Of a stretch of DNA of 64,000 bases, positions 29,113-39,884 are shown piece after piece. This DNA comes from Candidatus Dormibacter sp. GTDB taxonomy: Bacteria > Chloroflexota > Dormibacteria > Aeolococcales > Aeolococcaceae. Both the position numbers and the translations under genes were made by a program. Every line of letters starts with the position of its first letter. The stretch's first letter is position 1. The stretch is taken from the NCBI GenBank assembly GCA_039935655.1, contig JBDTJX010000093.1, positions 4,537-68,536 on the forward strand, given 5' to 3'. The notes beneath the pieces are model-generated. The model did not search any database, was not told where the DNA came from, and saw nothing but the letters and a program-made list of their open reading frames with translations.

Positions 29113-30858
29113 ATGAAGTCGGGGGACGCTCTCACACCCGATGCGGAGCGGGCGCTCGGGAGCGCATTTGGCGACCTGCTGAGGGTCATCCGCGGCGACG
29201 TCCGCAGCGAGGATGACGGCGACGCGGTGGCCGGGATGCTGGTCCGGCACGCGCTCATCCGCCCGCTCAATGGGTGTGTCGTCTGCGTCCTCGATGGAAC
29301 CGAGTCGGTCCGCGTCGCCGGCGTCGCCGGCGAGACCGGAGACGTACGAACCGGCTCGCTCTGGCCGCTGGCCGGCTCACCGGTGTCCGAGGCGCTCGCC
29401 GGCCCATCGGCACTGCAGCCGGTGGACGCCCGGCTCAGTCCGCTCGGCCGTGCGCTGGCCAGCGCGGGTGACGTGGCACTGACAGTGTTGCCGCTGCGCA
29501 TCGGCGAGCGTGGCGGCGGCGAACCGACCTCGCTGGGCGCGCTTCTGCTCCTCCGCGACCCCGGCACCCCGCTGACTGAGACCGAACGCGAGTTCCTGGA
29601 GGGGTTCGCTTCGCTGGTCGCGCTGGCGGTGCTCCAGGCCGCACCTGCCCAGGATTGGGAACAGCGCGCGCGGCGGCTGCGCGGCAACGTCGACGCGGTC
29701 GTGGACCTGGCCGGCTCGCTGGACGCCCACAAGAAGATTCCGCGTGTCCTCCAGCAGGTCTGCGCGGCGGTCGACGGGAACCGGGCGACACTGCTGCGCG
29801 TCGAAGGTGACGACGTCCTCGTCGAGGGGGTCCATGACGTCGACAGTGAGACCATCCTGCCGGACTGGCGTGGTCGTCTCGACAACCACGAGATGCTGCT
29901 CGCGTCGCTGCAATCCGTCGACGTCGTGGTCGGCGCCAATGTGGCCTACGAGCACTTCCCGCCGGAGCTGAAGAACGCCTTCGCGGGTGTCAAGCACACC
30001 ATCGTGCTTCCGCTGCGCAGCGGCGATAGCGTGGCCGGGTTCCTGATGGTGTTCCGCCGCCATCCTCGACCGTTCATCCACGACGACGCCGACACCCTCG
30101 AACAGCTTGGCAGGGTGGCACTTCTGGCGCTGCGAAACCAGCGGCTCTACGCGGACGCGCAGGCCGCATCGGAGGCGATGTCATCCTTTCTCAACCTCGT
30201 CGTGCACGACCTTCGCGCCCCGCTGACGGTTCTCTCGGGGTACGTGGACCTTTTGCGCGAGGGCACGTACGGTGCCCCGCCGGCAGGGTGGGCGCGGCCC
30301 ATGGAGCTGATCACCGCGAAGCTCCATGAGCTGCACCGGCTTGTCGACGACATCCTGCTGGCAGCGCGACTCGAAAGCGGAGCCGTTCCCACGACCACTG
30401 CGGTGCTCGACCTCAACGACGTGGTCGGCCGCGCCGCGGTCCGCAGCCAGGCGCGCGCGGAGCTGGCCGGCGCCACCGTCGAGACGGCACCCTCACCCAC
30501 CCCGGTCGCGGCCCGAGCCGATAGCTTCCATGTCGATCGCATTGTCGACAACCTGATCAACAACGCCATCAGTTACGGCGGCCCGGCGCCATGGATCCGT
30601 ATCTCCGTCGACCCCTCCCAGCCGCCGGCGGTGCGCGTCGAGGACCACGGGGTGGGGATCAGCGCGGAGCTGCACGAGCGCATCTTCGACCGCTTCTTCC
30701 GCCTCGAAAATCGCGTTCCGGGCACCGGTTTCGGCCTCCACGTCGCGCGCGTCCTCGCCCAGGCGTGCGGTGGCTCGCTCAACGTGGAGCGAAGCGTGCC
30801 GGGCGAAGGCAGCGTCTTCCGACTGGAGCTGCCCTCGGCGCTCCCCGCGCCTGCCTGA
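29113..30858 (+). CDS. cytoplasmic sensor histidine kinase with two GAF domains
   Basis: No TM segment. Two GAF-like regions precede the H-box (VHDLRAPLTV), N-box (NLINNAISYG) and G-boxes (DHGVGIS, GTGFGLHVAR). No response regulator is adjacent. Confidence 0.85.
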   Translation: MKSGDALTPDAERALGSAFGDLLRVIRGDVRSEDDGDAVAGMLVRHALIRPLNGCVVCVLDGTESVRVAGVAGETGDVRTGSLWPLAGSPVSEALAGPSALQPVDARLSPLGRALASAGDVALTVLPLRIGERGGGEPTSLGALLLLRDPGTPLTETEREFLEGFASLVALAVLQAAPAQDWEQRARRLRGNVDAVVDLAGSLDAHKKIPRVLQQVCAAVDGNRATLLRVEGDDVLVEGVHDVDSETILPDWRGRLDNHEMLLASLQSVDVVVGANVAYEHFPPELKNAFAGVKHTIVLPLRSGDSVAGFLMVFRRHPRPFIHDDADTLEQLGRVALLALRNQRLYADAQAASEAMSSFLNLVVHDLRAPLTVLSGYVDLLREGTYGAPPAGWARPMELITAKLHELHRLVDDILLAARLESGAVPTTTAVLDLNDVVGRAAVRSQARAELAGATVETAPSPTPVAARADSFHVDRIVDNLINNAISYGGPAPWIRISVDPSQPPAVRVEDHGVGISAELHERIFDRFFRLENRVPGTGFGLHVARVLAQACGGSLNVERSVPGEGSVFRLELPSALPAPA

Positions 30859-30902
30859 TCGCTGCAGCCACCGTCGTCGTCCACCGCTAGGAGGGATTCG
30901 CC

Positions 30903-31505
30903 ATGCCGACACAGGACGGAATCGCACTGCTCAAGGAGGATCACCGCGCGGTGAAGAAGCTCTTCAGGGACTTCTTCGCTGCTGGTGACCGCGCCCACGC
31001 TACGCGTCGACGCATCGCCGACAAGATCATCGCCGAACTGTCGATCCACTCCGGGATCGAGGAGACGATTCTCTACCCCCGCGCTCGGATCGCCCTGCCG
31101 CAAGCGGACAAGGATGTGCTCGAGGCGCTGGAGGAGCACCACGTGGTCAAGCTGGCGTGCGCCGAGCTCGAGAAGATGCAACCCACCGACGAACGCTTCG
31201 CCGCCAAGATGCAGGCGATGACCGAGAACGTCAAGCACCACATCGGCGAGGAGGAGTCGGACCTGTTCCCCAAGCTGCGCAGCGCGTTCACCCGCGCCGA
31301 GTTGATCACCATGGGTGAGGACATGCGTGCAGCCAAAAGGGTGGTTCCCGCACGGCCCCACCCGCACGCACCCGATCAGCCGCCCGGCAACGTCGTTGCG
31401 GCGGCGGTGGCCGCCCCGATCGACGCGGCGATGAGCAGCATCGAGGACGTGGTGCTGAAGGGACGAAAGGCGGTAGCCGGCGTCGTCGAGGGCAGCTTGC
31501 GGTGA
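30903..31505 (+). CDS. hemerythrin HHE cation-binding domain protein
   Basis: H/E metal-ligand motifs (HSGIEETILYP, EEHHVVK, HHIGEEESDLFP); 200 aa. Confidence 0.8.
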   Translation: MPTQDGIALLKEDHRAVKKLFRDFFAAGDRAHATRRRIADKIIAELSIHSGIEETILYPRARIALPQADKDVLEALEEHHVVKLACAELEKMQPTDERFAAKMQAMTENVKHHIGEEESDLFPKLRSAFTRAELITMGEDMRAAKRVVPARPHPHAPDQPPGNVVAAAVAAPIDAAMSSIEDVVLKGRKAVAGVVEGSLR

Positions 31506-31634
31506 CCGAGGGGAGGAGCGCGTACGCAGCCTGACTCGGGCAGCCTCCAGCGATCCCCGTCGAACAACGGCCTCTCCGAGCTGCTCGCGCGCGCTGCAGA
31601 GGAGCAGGAGGAGGGGAGCCAGCGACAACGCGCC

Positions 31635-32636
31635 ATGCGCCGCGCATCGCGCGCCGCGCTGGGCTGGGACGCGCGCGCCGCTGACGTCGTCGCCGCCGGG
31701 CAACCGCTGACAACGCTCAGCCGGGTGGGGCCATGGCTTGCCGACGTGATCGCGTCACTGGTGAGCGACCAAGCTGTCGCGCCCGTGCCGCCGCCACTGC
31801 GGGCCGGGTTTGTTGCCCGCGCTGACGCGCTCGCCTGCGTGCGAGCAGCGCCGGAATGGCAGGGGGTGGTGCGCAGCGACCTGCAGATGCACACCCTCAG
31901 CAGCGACGGCCACGCCACCCTGGAGGCCATGGCCCGGCGCTGCGTCGAGCTCGGCTACTCGCACATCGCCGTCACCGACCATTCGCAGGGGTTGCGCATC
32001 GCCAACGGGCTCAGCGACGCGCGGAGAGCCGAACAGGCAGTCGAGGTACACACCCTGAATGCCCTGCTCGCCCAGGAAGGGCTCGACTTCTCGGTCCTCC
32101 ACGGGATCGAGATGGACGTCGCGCCCGACGGGACCGGCGACACCGACCCGGCATCGCTGGCCGAGCTGGACATCGTGCTGGGCGCGTTCCACTCCAAGCT
32201 GCGACTGGTCGACGACCAGACGGATCGGTATTTGCGCGCGTTGGCCAACCCGACCGTCGATGTGCTCGCTCACCCGCGCGGGCGAATGTACAACCGCCGC
32301 CTCGGGCTGCCGGCGCGGTGGGGGGTAGTCTTCGAGGCGGCGGCAGAGTTCGGCGTGGCGGTCGAGGTCGACGCCTACCCGGACCGGCAGGACCTTGACG
32401 TGGAGCTGCTGCGGCGTGCGACGGCTGCGGGAGCCTGGATCGCTGTGGACACCGACGCGCACCACCCGGTGGACCTCGACGCCATGCCGCTGGGCGTTGC
32501 CGCGCTCATCAGCGCTGGTGTTCCCCGCGACCGCGTCCTCAATGCGATGACTGCGGACGAGTTGCGCGAATGGATTGCTCAGCGCCGCAGTCGTGCCGCG
32601 GCACGCGATGGTCGCGCGCGAAGACTGATCAGTTGA
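31635..32636 (+). CDS. stand-alone PHP-domain phosphoesterase (PolX C-terminal-like, no polymerase domain)
   Basis: PHP metal motifs (DLQMHTLSSDGH, HIAVTDHSQ, LGAFHSK, AVDTDAHH); 333 aa. Confidence 0.75.
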   Translation: MRRASRAALGWDARAADVVAAGQPLTTLSRVGPWLADVIASLVSDQAVAPVPPPLRAGFVARADALACVRAAPEWQGVVRSDLQMHTLSSDGHATLEAMARRCVELGYSHIAVTDHSQGLRIANGLSDARRAEQAVEVHTLNALLAQEGLDFSVLHGIEMDVAPDGTGDTDPASLAELDIVLGAFHSKLRLVDDQTDRYLRALANPTVDVLAHPRGRMYNRRLGLPARWGVVFEAAAEFGVAVEVDAYPDRQDLDVELLRRATAAGAWIAVDTDAHHPVDLDAMPLGVAALISAGVPRDRVLNAMTADELREWIAQRRSRAAARDGRARRLIS

Positions 32637-32725
32637 GCGCACGCCGGCAGGATCGTCACAGCACCGGCGCCTCGCGCAGTGACGGGACCTGGCTCGTGGT
32701 CCAACCTGCCGACGCGCGCGGGCGC

Positions 32726-33442
32726 TCAGCGCAGCGTGCCGGCCGCGGCCGCGTCGAGGAACCAGAGAAGCTCGCCGTCGGCGGCCCGGACGCGCGCCGC
32801 GGGGACTGAGCCATCGACGACGCCGCGCAGCGCGTCTCCCTTTTCGCTCCCGGTCACCTGGAACGCGATGTGTGCCGCGGCGTTGATCGCCGGAAACGTC
32901 ATGGTGACGCGGTCGAGCGGCTCGAAGTCGGCCCGCCCGCGAGTGGTCCAGGCGTCGACGACGTCGAGCGCCGGTGTGCCGGGGAAGAGGGACGCGGTGT
33001 GCCCATCGGCGCCGAGGCCGAGAAGCACGACGTCGAGCCGAGGTGGCCTGCCGCAATCGGCCTCGAGCAACCGCGAGTAGGCGGCGGCAGCGGCGTCGAG
33101 GTCCGGGCCGTCGGCCTCGATGCGGTGAATCTGCCCGGGAGGCACCGGTGCGCGTAAGAGCAGCGTGTCGTGGACGAGCCGGTAGTTGCTGTCGTGATGG
33201 TCCGGCGGAGCGGCGCGTTCGTCGCTGAAGTACACCTGCCATCGCGACCAGTCGATGCCGGCCTTGAAGGTCGAGGACGCCAGGGCTTCGTAAAGGAACT
33301 GTGGGGTGCTTCCTCCCGCCAGGGCGATGCGGAACGGGTTGCACCGCGCGGACTGTTCGGACACCCACTGCGCCACCGCCGCCGCGACAGCGATCGGATC
33401 GGTGAGCACGCGCACCGTCCCGGGCAGGGTGTCGACGCTCAT
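32726..33442 (-). CDS. pgl: 6-phosphogluconolactonase
   Basis: Start MSVDTLPGTVRV at 33442 overlaps the opcA stop as ATGA. It has the NagB/Pgl fold (LGLGADGHTASLFPG). The upstream part of the track ORF is Arg-rich junk. Confidence 0.85.
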   Translation of the reverse strand: MSVDTLPGTVRVLTDPIAVAAAVAQWVSEQSARCNPFRIALAGGSTPQFLYEALASSTFKAGIDWSRWQVYFSDERAAPPDHHDSNYRLVHDTLLLRAPVPPGQIHRIEADGPDLDAAAAAYSRLLEADCGRPPRLDVVLLGLGADGHTASLFPGTPALDVVDAWTTRGRADFEPLDRVTMTFPAINAAAHIAFQVTGSEKGDALRGVVDGSVPAARVRAADGELLWFLDAAAAGTLR

Positions 33443-34506
33443 CGAGCTGCGGTTGCGAGGTCGGCCGCCTTGCGCAGTGCGGCGCGGTAGACGGGGTCCT
33501 CGGCGCTGCTCTCCAGCAGCGAGCCGACCATGTCGACACTGTCGACGTCGCTGACCGGGACGGCGCGCTCTGCATGGATTCCGCCCTCGACGTCGATGAC
33601 GCCGCACAGAGCCGCCCCCCGGCGCTTGACGGTGACCAGTGCGCTCTGGCCGCGGGCGGTGCACTGCAGCGTCACCTGTGCCAGGTTGGACGCGGGGACG
33701 TCCTCGACCGGACGCGACGTGGTGACCACACGGGGTTGATCGCTCGCTGCCTCCCAGCCCAACCGACTGGCCATCCACCCCGCCAGCAACCACGCCTGCG
33801 CCGAGACGCGGTCGCCGCTGCACTCGACCTGCACGCGTGTGACGCCGTGGAGGAACCGTCGCATCGCTTGTCCGTCGAAGGACTGGGCGATCAATTGGCG
33901 CCAGGTGCGGGTGCGCTCCCACGCGATATCGGAGACCGCGAGCGCGTCACCCACCACCTCGAGCTCGTCGGCGAGCAGACGCAGCGCACCGGCGTCATCG
34001 TCGTAGGCGCCGCTGTCGACGATCAGCCGCTCGCAGATGGCGACGGCATCCTGGCCAAAGGCTTGTTGCAGCGGCGGCGAGCCCACCAGCCACAGGTAGG
34101 TGGGGATGTCAGGGACGAGCAGCGGCGTCACCACGCTGGCCAGGTGATACGCGGCCTCACCGCCGACCACCATGCGCACCTGTTCCGCGCACACCTGCGC
34201 CGAATCGACGGCGGAGCACTGCAGGGAGACGTCGGCCTCCATCTGGGAGGTGCCGTCCGGGTCGGCGATGACGATGATCGCGCGCACCGGATGCTTGGCG
34301 CCGAGCCGGCCCAGCGCCCGGATGGCGAGATCGGCGCTGTCGACGTCCACGGACGCCGCCACCAGGTTGAGCACGGCCAGACGGACGACGGCACCCTCGC
34401 TTTCGCCGCCCACCCGCAACATCTCGTGGTGCATGTCGTTGAGGGCGCGGTTGACAGCGTGCAGCCCGCTCGCGTGCGCAACCTCCAGCGCACCGACTGT
34501 GGTCAT
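33439..34506 (-). CDS. opcA: glucose-6-phosphate dehydrogenase assembly protein OpcA
   Basis: 355 aa OpcA-like protein positioned between zwf and pgl, as in actinobacterial and cyanobacterial operons. Confidence 0.8.
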   Translation of the reverse strand: MTTVGALEVAHASGLHAVNRALNDMHHEMLRVGGESEGAVVRLAVLNLVAASVDVDSADLAIRALGRLGAKHPVRAIIVIADPDGTSQMEADVSLQCSAVDSAQVCAEQVRMVVGGEAAYHLASVVTPLLVPDIPTYLWLVGSPPLQQAFGQDAVAICERLIVDSGAYDDDAGALRLLADELEVVGDALAVSDIAWERTRTWRQLIAQSFDGQAMRRFLHGVTRVQVECSGDRVSAQAWLLAGWMASRLGWEAASDQPRVVTTSRPVEDVPASNLAQVTLQCTARGQSALVTVKRRGAALCGVIDVEGGIHAERAVPVSDVDSVDMVGSLLESSAEDPVYRAALRKAADLATAAR

Positions 34507-34507
34507 C

Positions 34508-36108
34508 TCAGAGCCGGCGCCATTGCCGGCTGTCGCGAGCCATGAAGTCTCGGGCCTCGTGTGGACCCCAGGTGCCCGATTCGTAGTTGGGCGTTCCCTC
34601 GAGGTCAGGCGGGTGGGCGCGCCAGCCGTCGAGGATCGCGGTGCAGATGCGCCAGGCCTCCTCGACCTCGTCCTCGCGCGCGAACAGCGTGCTGTCGCCG
34701 AGCATGCAGTCGAGCAGCAGCCGCTCGTATGCCTCCGGCGACGCGGTGAGGAAGGCGCTGCCGTAGAGGAAGTCCATGTTGACGGTGCGAATCCGCACCG
34801 ACTGGCCGGGCACCTTGGCGCTGAAGCGCAGCGTGATCCCCTCGTCAGGCTGGATGCGCAGCACCAGCAGGTTGGGATCGATGCTGTCCTTGGGCAGGCT
34901 GCCGGACGGTGTGGCCACCTGGCCGCCGAAGGGCGAGTGCGGCACGCGGCGGAACTGGATGGCGATCTCAGTGGCCCGTTTGGGCAGGCGTTTGCCGGTG
35001 CGCAGGTAGAACGGCGTCCCGGCCCATCTCCAGTTGTCGACGTCGAGCTTCATGGCGACGTAGGTCTCGCGCAGAGAGTCAGCGGAAACGTCAGGCTCGT
35101 CGCGATACGCTGCCACCTGCTCACCGTCGACCCAGCCGGCTGCGTACTGACCACGCACGGTGTGCGAGAGGGCATCATCGGGGTGGATGAGACGCACCGC
35201 GCGGAGCAGCTTCACCTTCTCGTCGCGCACCGTCTCGCCCTGCATCTTGCTCGGCGCCTCCATGCCGACGATCGCCATCAGCTGGATGACGTGGTTCTGG
35301 ATGATGTCGCGCAGCGCGCCGGACTCCTCGTAGTACGCCCCCCGCCCCTCGACGCCGATGCTCTCGGCGACGGTGATCTGCACGTGGTCGATGTACTGAC
35401 GGTTCCACAGCGGCTCGAAGATGCCGTTGGCGAAACGAAAGACGAGCAGGTTCTGCACCGTCTCCTTGCCGAGGTAGTGGTCGATCCGATAGATCTGTTC
35501 CTCGCTGAACGCGAGGTGCAACTTGCGGTTGAGCTCGCGGGCGCTGGCAAGGTCGCGGCCGAACGGCTTCTCGATGATCATGCGACGGAAGCCGGTGTCC
35601 ACCTCGCGGGTCAGCCCGCTGGATCCGAGGCGCTCGGCCAGAGGGGCAAAACCGCTCGGCGGAATCGAGAAGTAGAAAATGCGGTTGCCCGCCGTGCCAC
35701 GCTCGCGGTCGAGCTCATCGAGGGTCTGCTGCAGGTGCGCGAGGCCGTCGTCCGAGTCGAGGTCGAACGCGCAGTACCGCATCCCGTCGGCGAAGACCCT
35801 CCAGATGTCATCGCGAAGCTCCACCCTGGAGAAGCGGCTCACCGCCTCATGCATCGCCGTGCGAAACTCCTCGTCGGACTGCGCGCTGCGCCCCGCGCCG
35901 ACGATGGAGAAACCGGGCGGCAACTGGCCGGCGGCGGCCAGCGCGTAGAGAGCCGACACCAGCTTGCGCTTGGTGAGGTCGCCGGTGGCCCCGAAGATGA
36001 CCACCGCGCACGGCAGCGGCAGGCGACCTTGGCGCAGGCCCTCCGAGAGCGCGTTGCCTTCAGCCCTCTCGTCGTCAGACACGAGGTCGGTGGCGACTGC
36101 GGTGTCGG

Positions 36109-36112
<4 letters not shown>
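34508..36112 (-). CDS. zwf: glucose-6-phosphate 1-dehydrogenase
   Basis: GATGDLTKRKL NADP site, RIDHYLGKE active-site motif and a GTG start overlapping the gnd stop. Confidence 0.95.
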
Positions 36113-37043
<931 letters not shown>

Positions 37044-37044
<1 letters not shown>

Positions 37045-39884
37045 CAGCGTGCTCCCGTTGCCGCGTGGATGACGGCGTCGGTGAGCCGGCTCAGCCCCAC
37101 GGCGAGGTCACCACCGATGTGCAGGCGGATCACCCTGCGGCCGTGATCACGCAGCGACTGCAGGTCGCCCTGGGCCTGTGCCTGCTTGAGGATCGAGAAG
37201 GTGAATGGCTGCCCGGGGATGGGCACGTCAACGGTGTCGTCGGTGGTGACCTGGATGTACAGGCCGGTGTCCGGGCCACCCTTGTGCAGCTGGCCGGTGC
37301 TGTGCAGGAAGCGGGGACCGAAGCCGAGGGTGGTGGCCACGCGATGCTCGTCGCGGATGGCAGCGCGCAGGCGTTGCAGGGCGGCCTCGTTCTCGCTGTT
37401 GGGCGTGACATACGCCATCAGTGCCACGTAGTCGTGGGGGCGCGCCAAGGAGAGGAACGCCGTCAGGGCGCCGTCGATGTCGCCGGTGCCCTGGGCGCCG
37501 AACACGGAGATGCCATCGTCGCTGGCGCTGGCGGACTCATCCGCGAGGCTGCCGTTGCGCTCGTAGCGGTCGAGCGCCTTGCGCGTGTTGTCCTTTGATT
37601 CCTGGACATTGGGTTCGTCGAAGGGATCGATACCCAGTGTCGCACCCACCACCGCGGTGGCGAACTCCCACTGGAAGAACTGGGCGCCGAGGTCGAACAG
37701 GTCGTCGAGCTGCATCGCCACCTCGGGGATGTGCGCGTTGCGCAAGGCGCCCACCTCGGCGTCGAAGTCGGTGTCGTCGTCACGCACCCGCAGCACCGTG
37801 AGGATGCGGTCGTCGCCGTACACAGCCGGCTCACCGATCGGCTCGTCGCCGATGGGGATCAACCCCTTCCCCTCCTTGCCGGTGCTTTCCGCGATGAGCT
37901 GCTCAGCCCACAACGAGAACGCGGCGATGCGCGGGGGCGCCAGGATGGTCACCTTGTCGCCGCCGCTGCGCTGCAACATGCCGAGGACTGTCCCGAGTGC
38001 CAGGCCGGGGTTGAGGTCTGCGGGGATGCCGGGGTGGCACTGGCGGCGCATCTGCTCGGCGCGATCGAGCAATTCCTCGACGTCGATGCCGATCACCGCA
38101 GCGGGGACGAGGCCGAAGAAGCTCAGAGCTGAGTAGCGGCCGCCAATGTCGGGTGGGTTCTCGAACAGGTGGCGGAACTTGCGTTCGCGCGCTGTCTGTC
38201 CGAGCGGTGTGCCGGGGTCGGTGATGCAGATGAAGTGCTGCCCCGCATCGAGGTGGCGGTGGGTGCTGACCCACTCCCAGAAGTGGGCGAGGTGGCTGAG
38301 CGTCTCCAACGTCGTGCCCGACTTGGACGACACGATGAACAGCGTCGTGCGGGGATCGAGGCGCTCGGTCAGCTGCACGATCGCCGCCGGGTCGGTGGTG
38401 TCGAGCACGTGCAGCTCGGGTTGGCCGGCCGCGCTGCCGAACGAGGTGCGCAGCACCTCGGGGCAGAGACTGCTGCCACCCATGCCGAGAAGCACGCAGT
38501 TGCGAAACCCCGCCTCGCGCACCTCGTCGGTGAGCCCGATCAACCGGGGCAGCGCCTCGCGCATCACGTCGGTCACGTCGAGCCAGCCGAGCCGGTTGCC
38601 GATGATCTTGGCGTGGTCGGCGTCCCCCAGCTTCCACAGGTCGGCGTCGCGTGCCCAGATGCGCCGGGCCACGTCCGCGGTGCTGGGACCGGCGACCGCG
38701 GCGCGCACCGAATCGGTGCTCGCCGCCAGGTCGAGGTGCAGGCGGGCGCCGTAGCCACGATGCATGGAGTCGACCTTCTCGGCGATGCCGCGGATCAGCT
38801 CGTTGTACGAATCGGTGAACGACTTGACGCCGGCGGCGAGCAGGTCGGACGTCACCCTGTCCATGTCGATGCCCACCTCGGCCAGTTGCTCCATCACGCG
38901 ATGCGACTCCGCAACGTCCTCCTTGACCGTCGCCCCGGCGACGACACCGTGGTCGAGGAATGCCTCGATGGTGCCCGGTGGCATGGTGTCGACGGTATCG
39001 GGACCGATCAGCGCCTCCGCGTACACGACGTCGCGGTACTTGGGGTTCTTGGCGCTCGTGCTCGCCCATAGAGGACGCTGCACGTACGCGCCTGCCGCCG
39101 ATGCCTTGGCGAACGACTCGGCGCGAAAGTAGCTCTCGAACTTCTCGTAGGCCAGCCTGGCGTTGGCGATGGCCGCCTTGCCGAACAGGTCCTCGATGAC
39201 CGGGTTGCCGGGATCCGCGGCGAGCTTCTGCTCAAGCAGCTTGTCGACAGCGGTGTCGACGCGGCTCACGAAGAACGACCCCACCGAATGCACGTCCGAT
39301 GACTTCCCGGCACCGATGCGCGTGTTCAGCGCGTCGAGATACGCGTGGATGACGTCGTCGTACGCGGCGAGTGCGAAGACGAGGGTGACATTGATGTTGA
39401 CGCCCGCCGTCAGCGCATTCCTGATCGCCGGCACGCCCTCAGGCGTCGCCGGGATCTTGACCATGAGGTTGGGGCGGTCAACCCGCTTCCAGTAATCGAG
39501 GGCAAGGTCGATGCTGCGTGCGGTGCTGTGGGCGGCGTCGGGCGAGACCTCGAGGCTGACGAAGCCATCCGCGCCGTCGGTGCGTTCGTGGATGGGCCGC
39601 AGGAGGTCGGCGGCGGCACGGATATCGGTGATCGCAAGCTCCAGGAAGATGTCGTTGGGATCGTCGATGCCTGACGCCAGCAGCTCGCGGATTTGGGCGT
39701 CGTAGTCCTGGCCCTCGGCGATGGCCTTCTGGAAGATCGTCGGGTTGCTGGTCATGCCGGTGACGTTGTCCTCGGCAATCATGCGGCGCAACTCCCCGCC
39801 GGTCAGCAGCTCCCTGCTGATGAAGTCGAGCCACACCGACTGACCCTGTTCGGCAAGCTGCCGGAGAGGATTCGTCGCAGCCAT
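37044..39884 (-). CDS. tal-pgi: bifunctional transaldolase / glucose-6-phosphate isomerase fusion
   Basis: 946 aa. The N-terminal transaldolase carries TSNPTIF and a Schiff-base lysine region. The C-terminal part is a PGI SIS-domain fold. The start overlaps the tkt stop. Confidence 0.9.
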
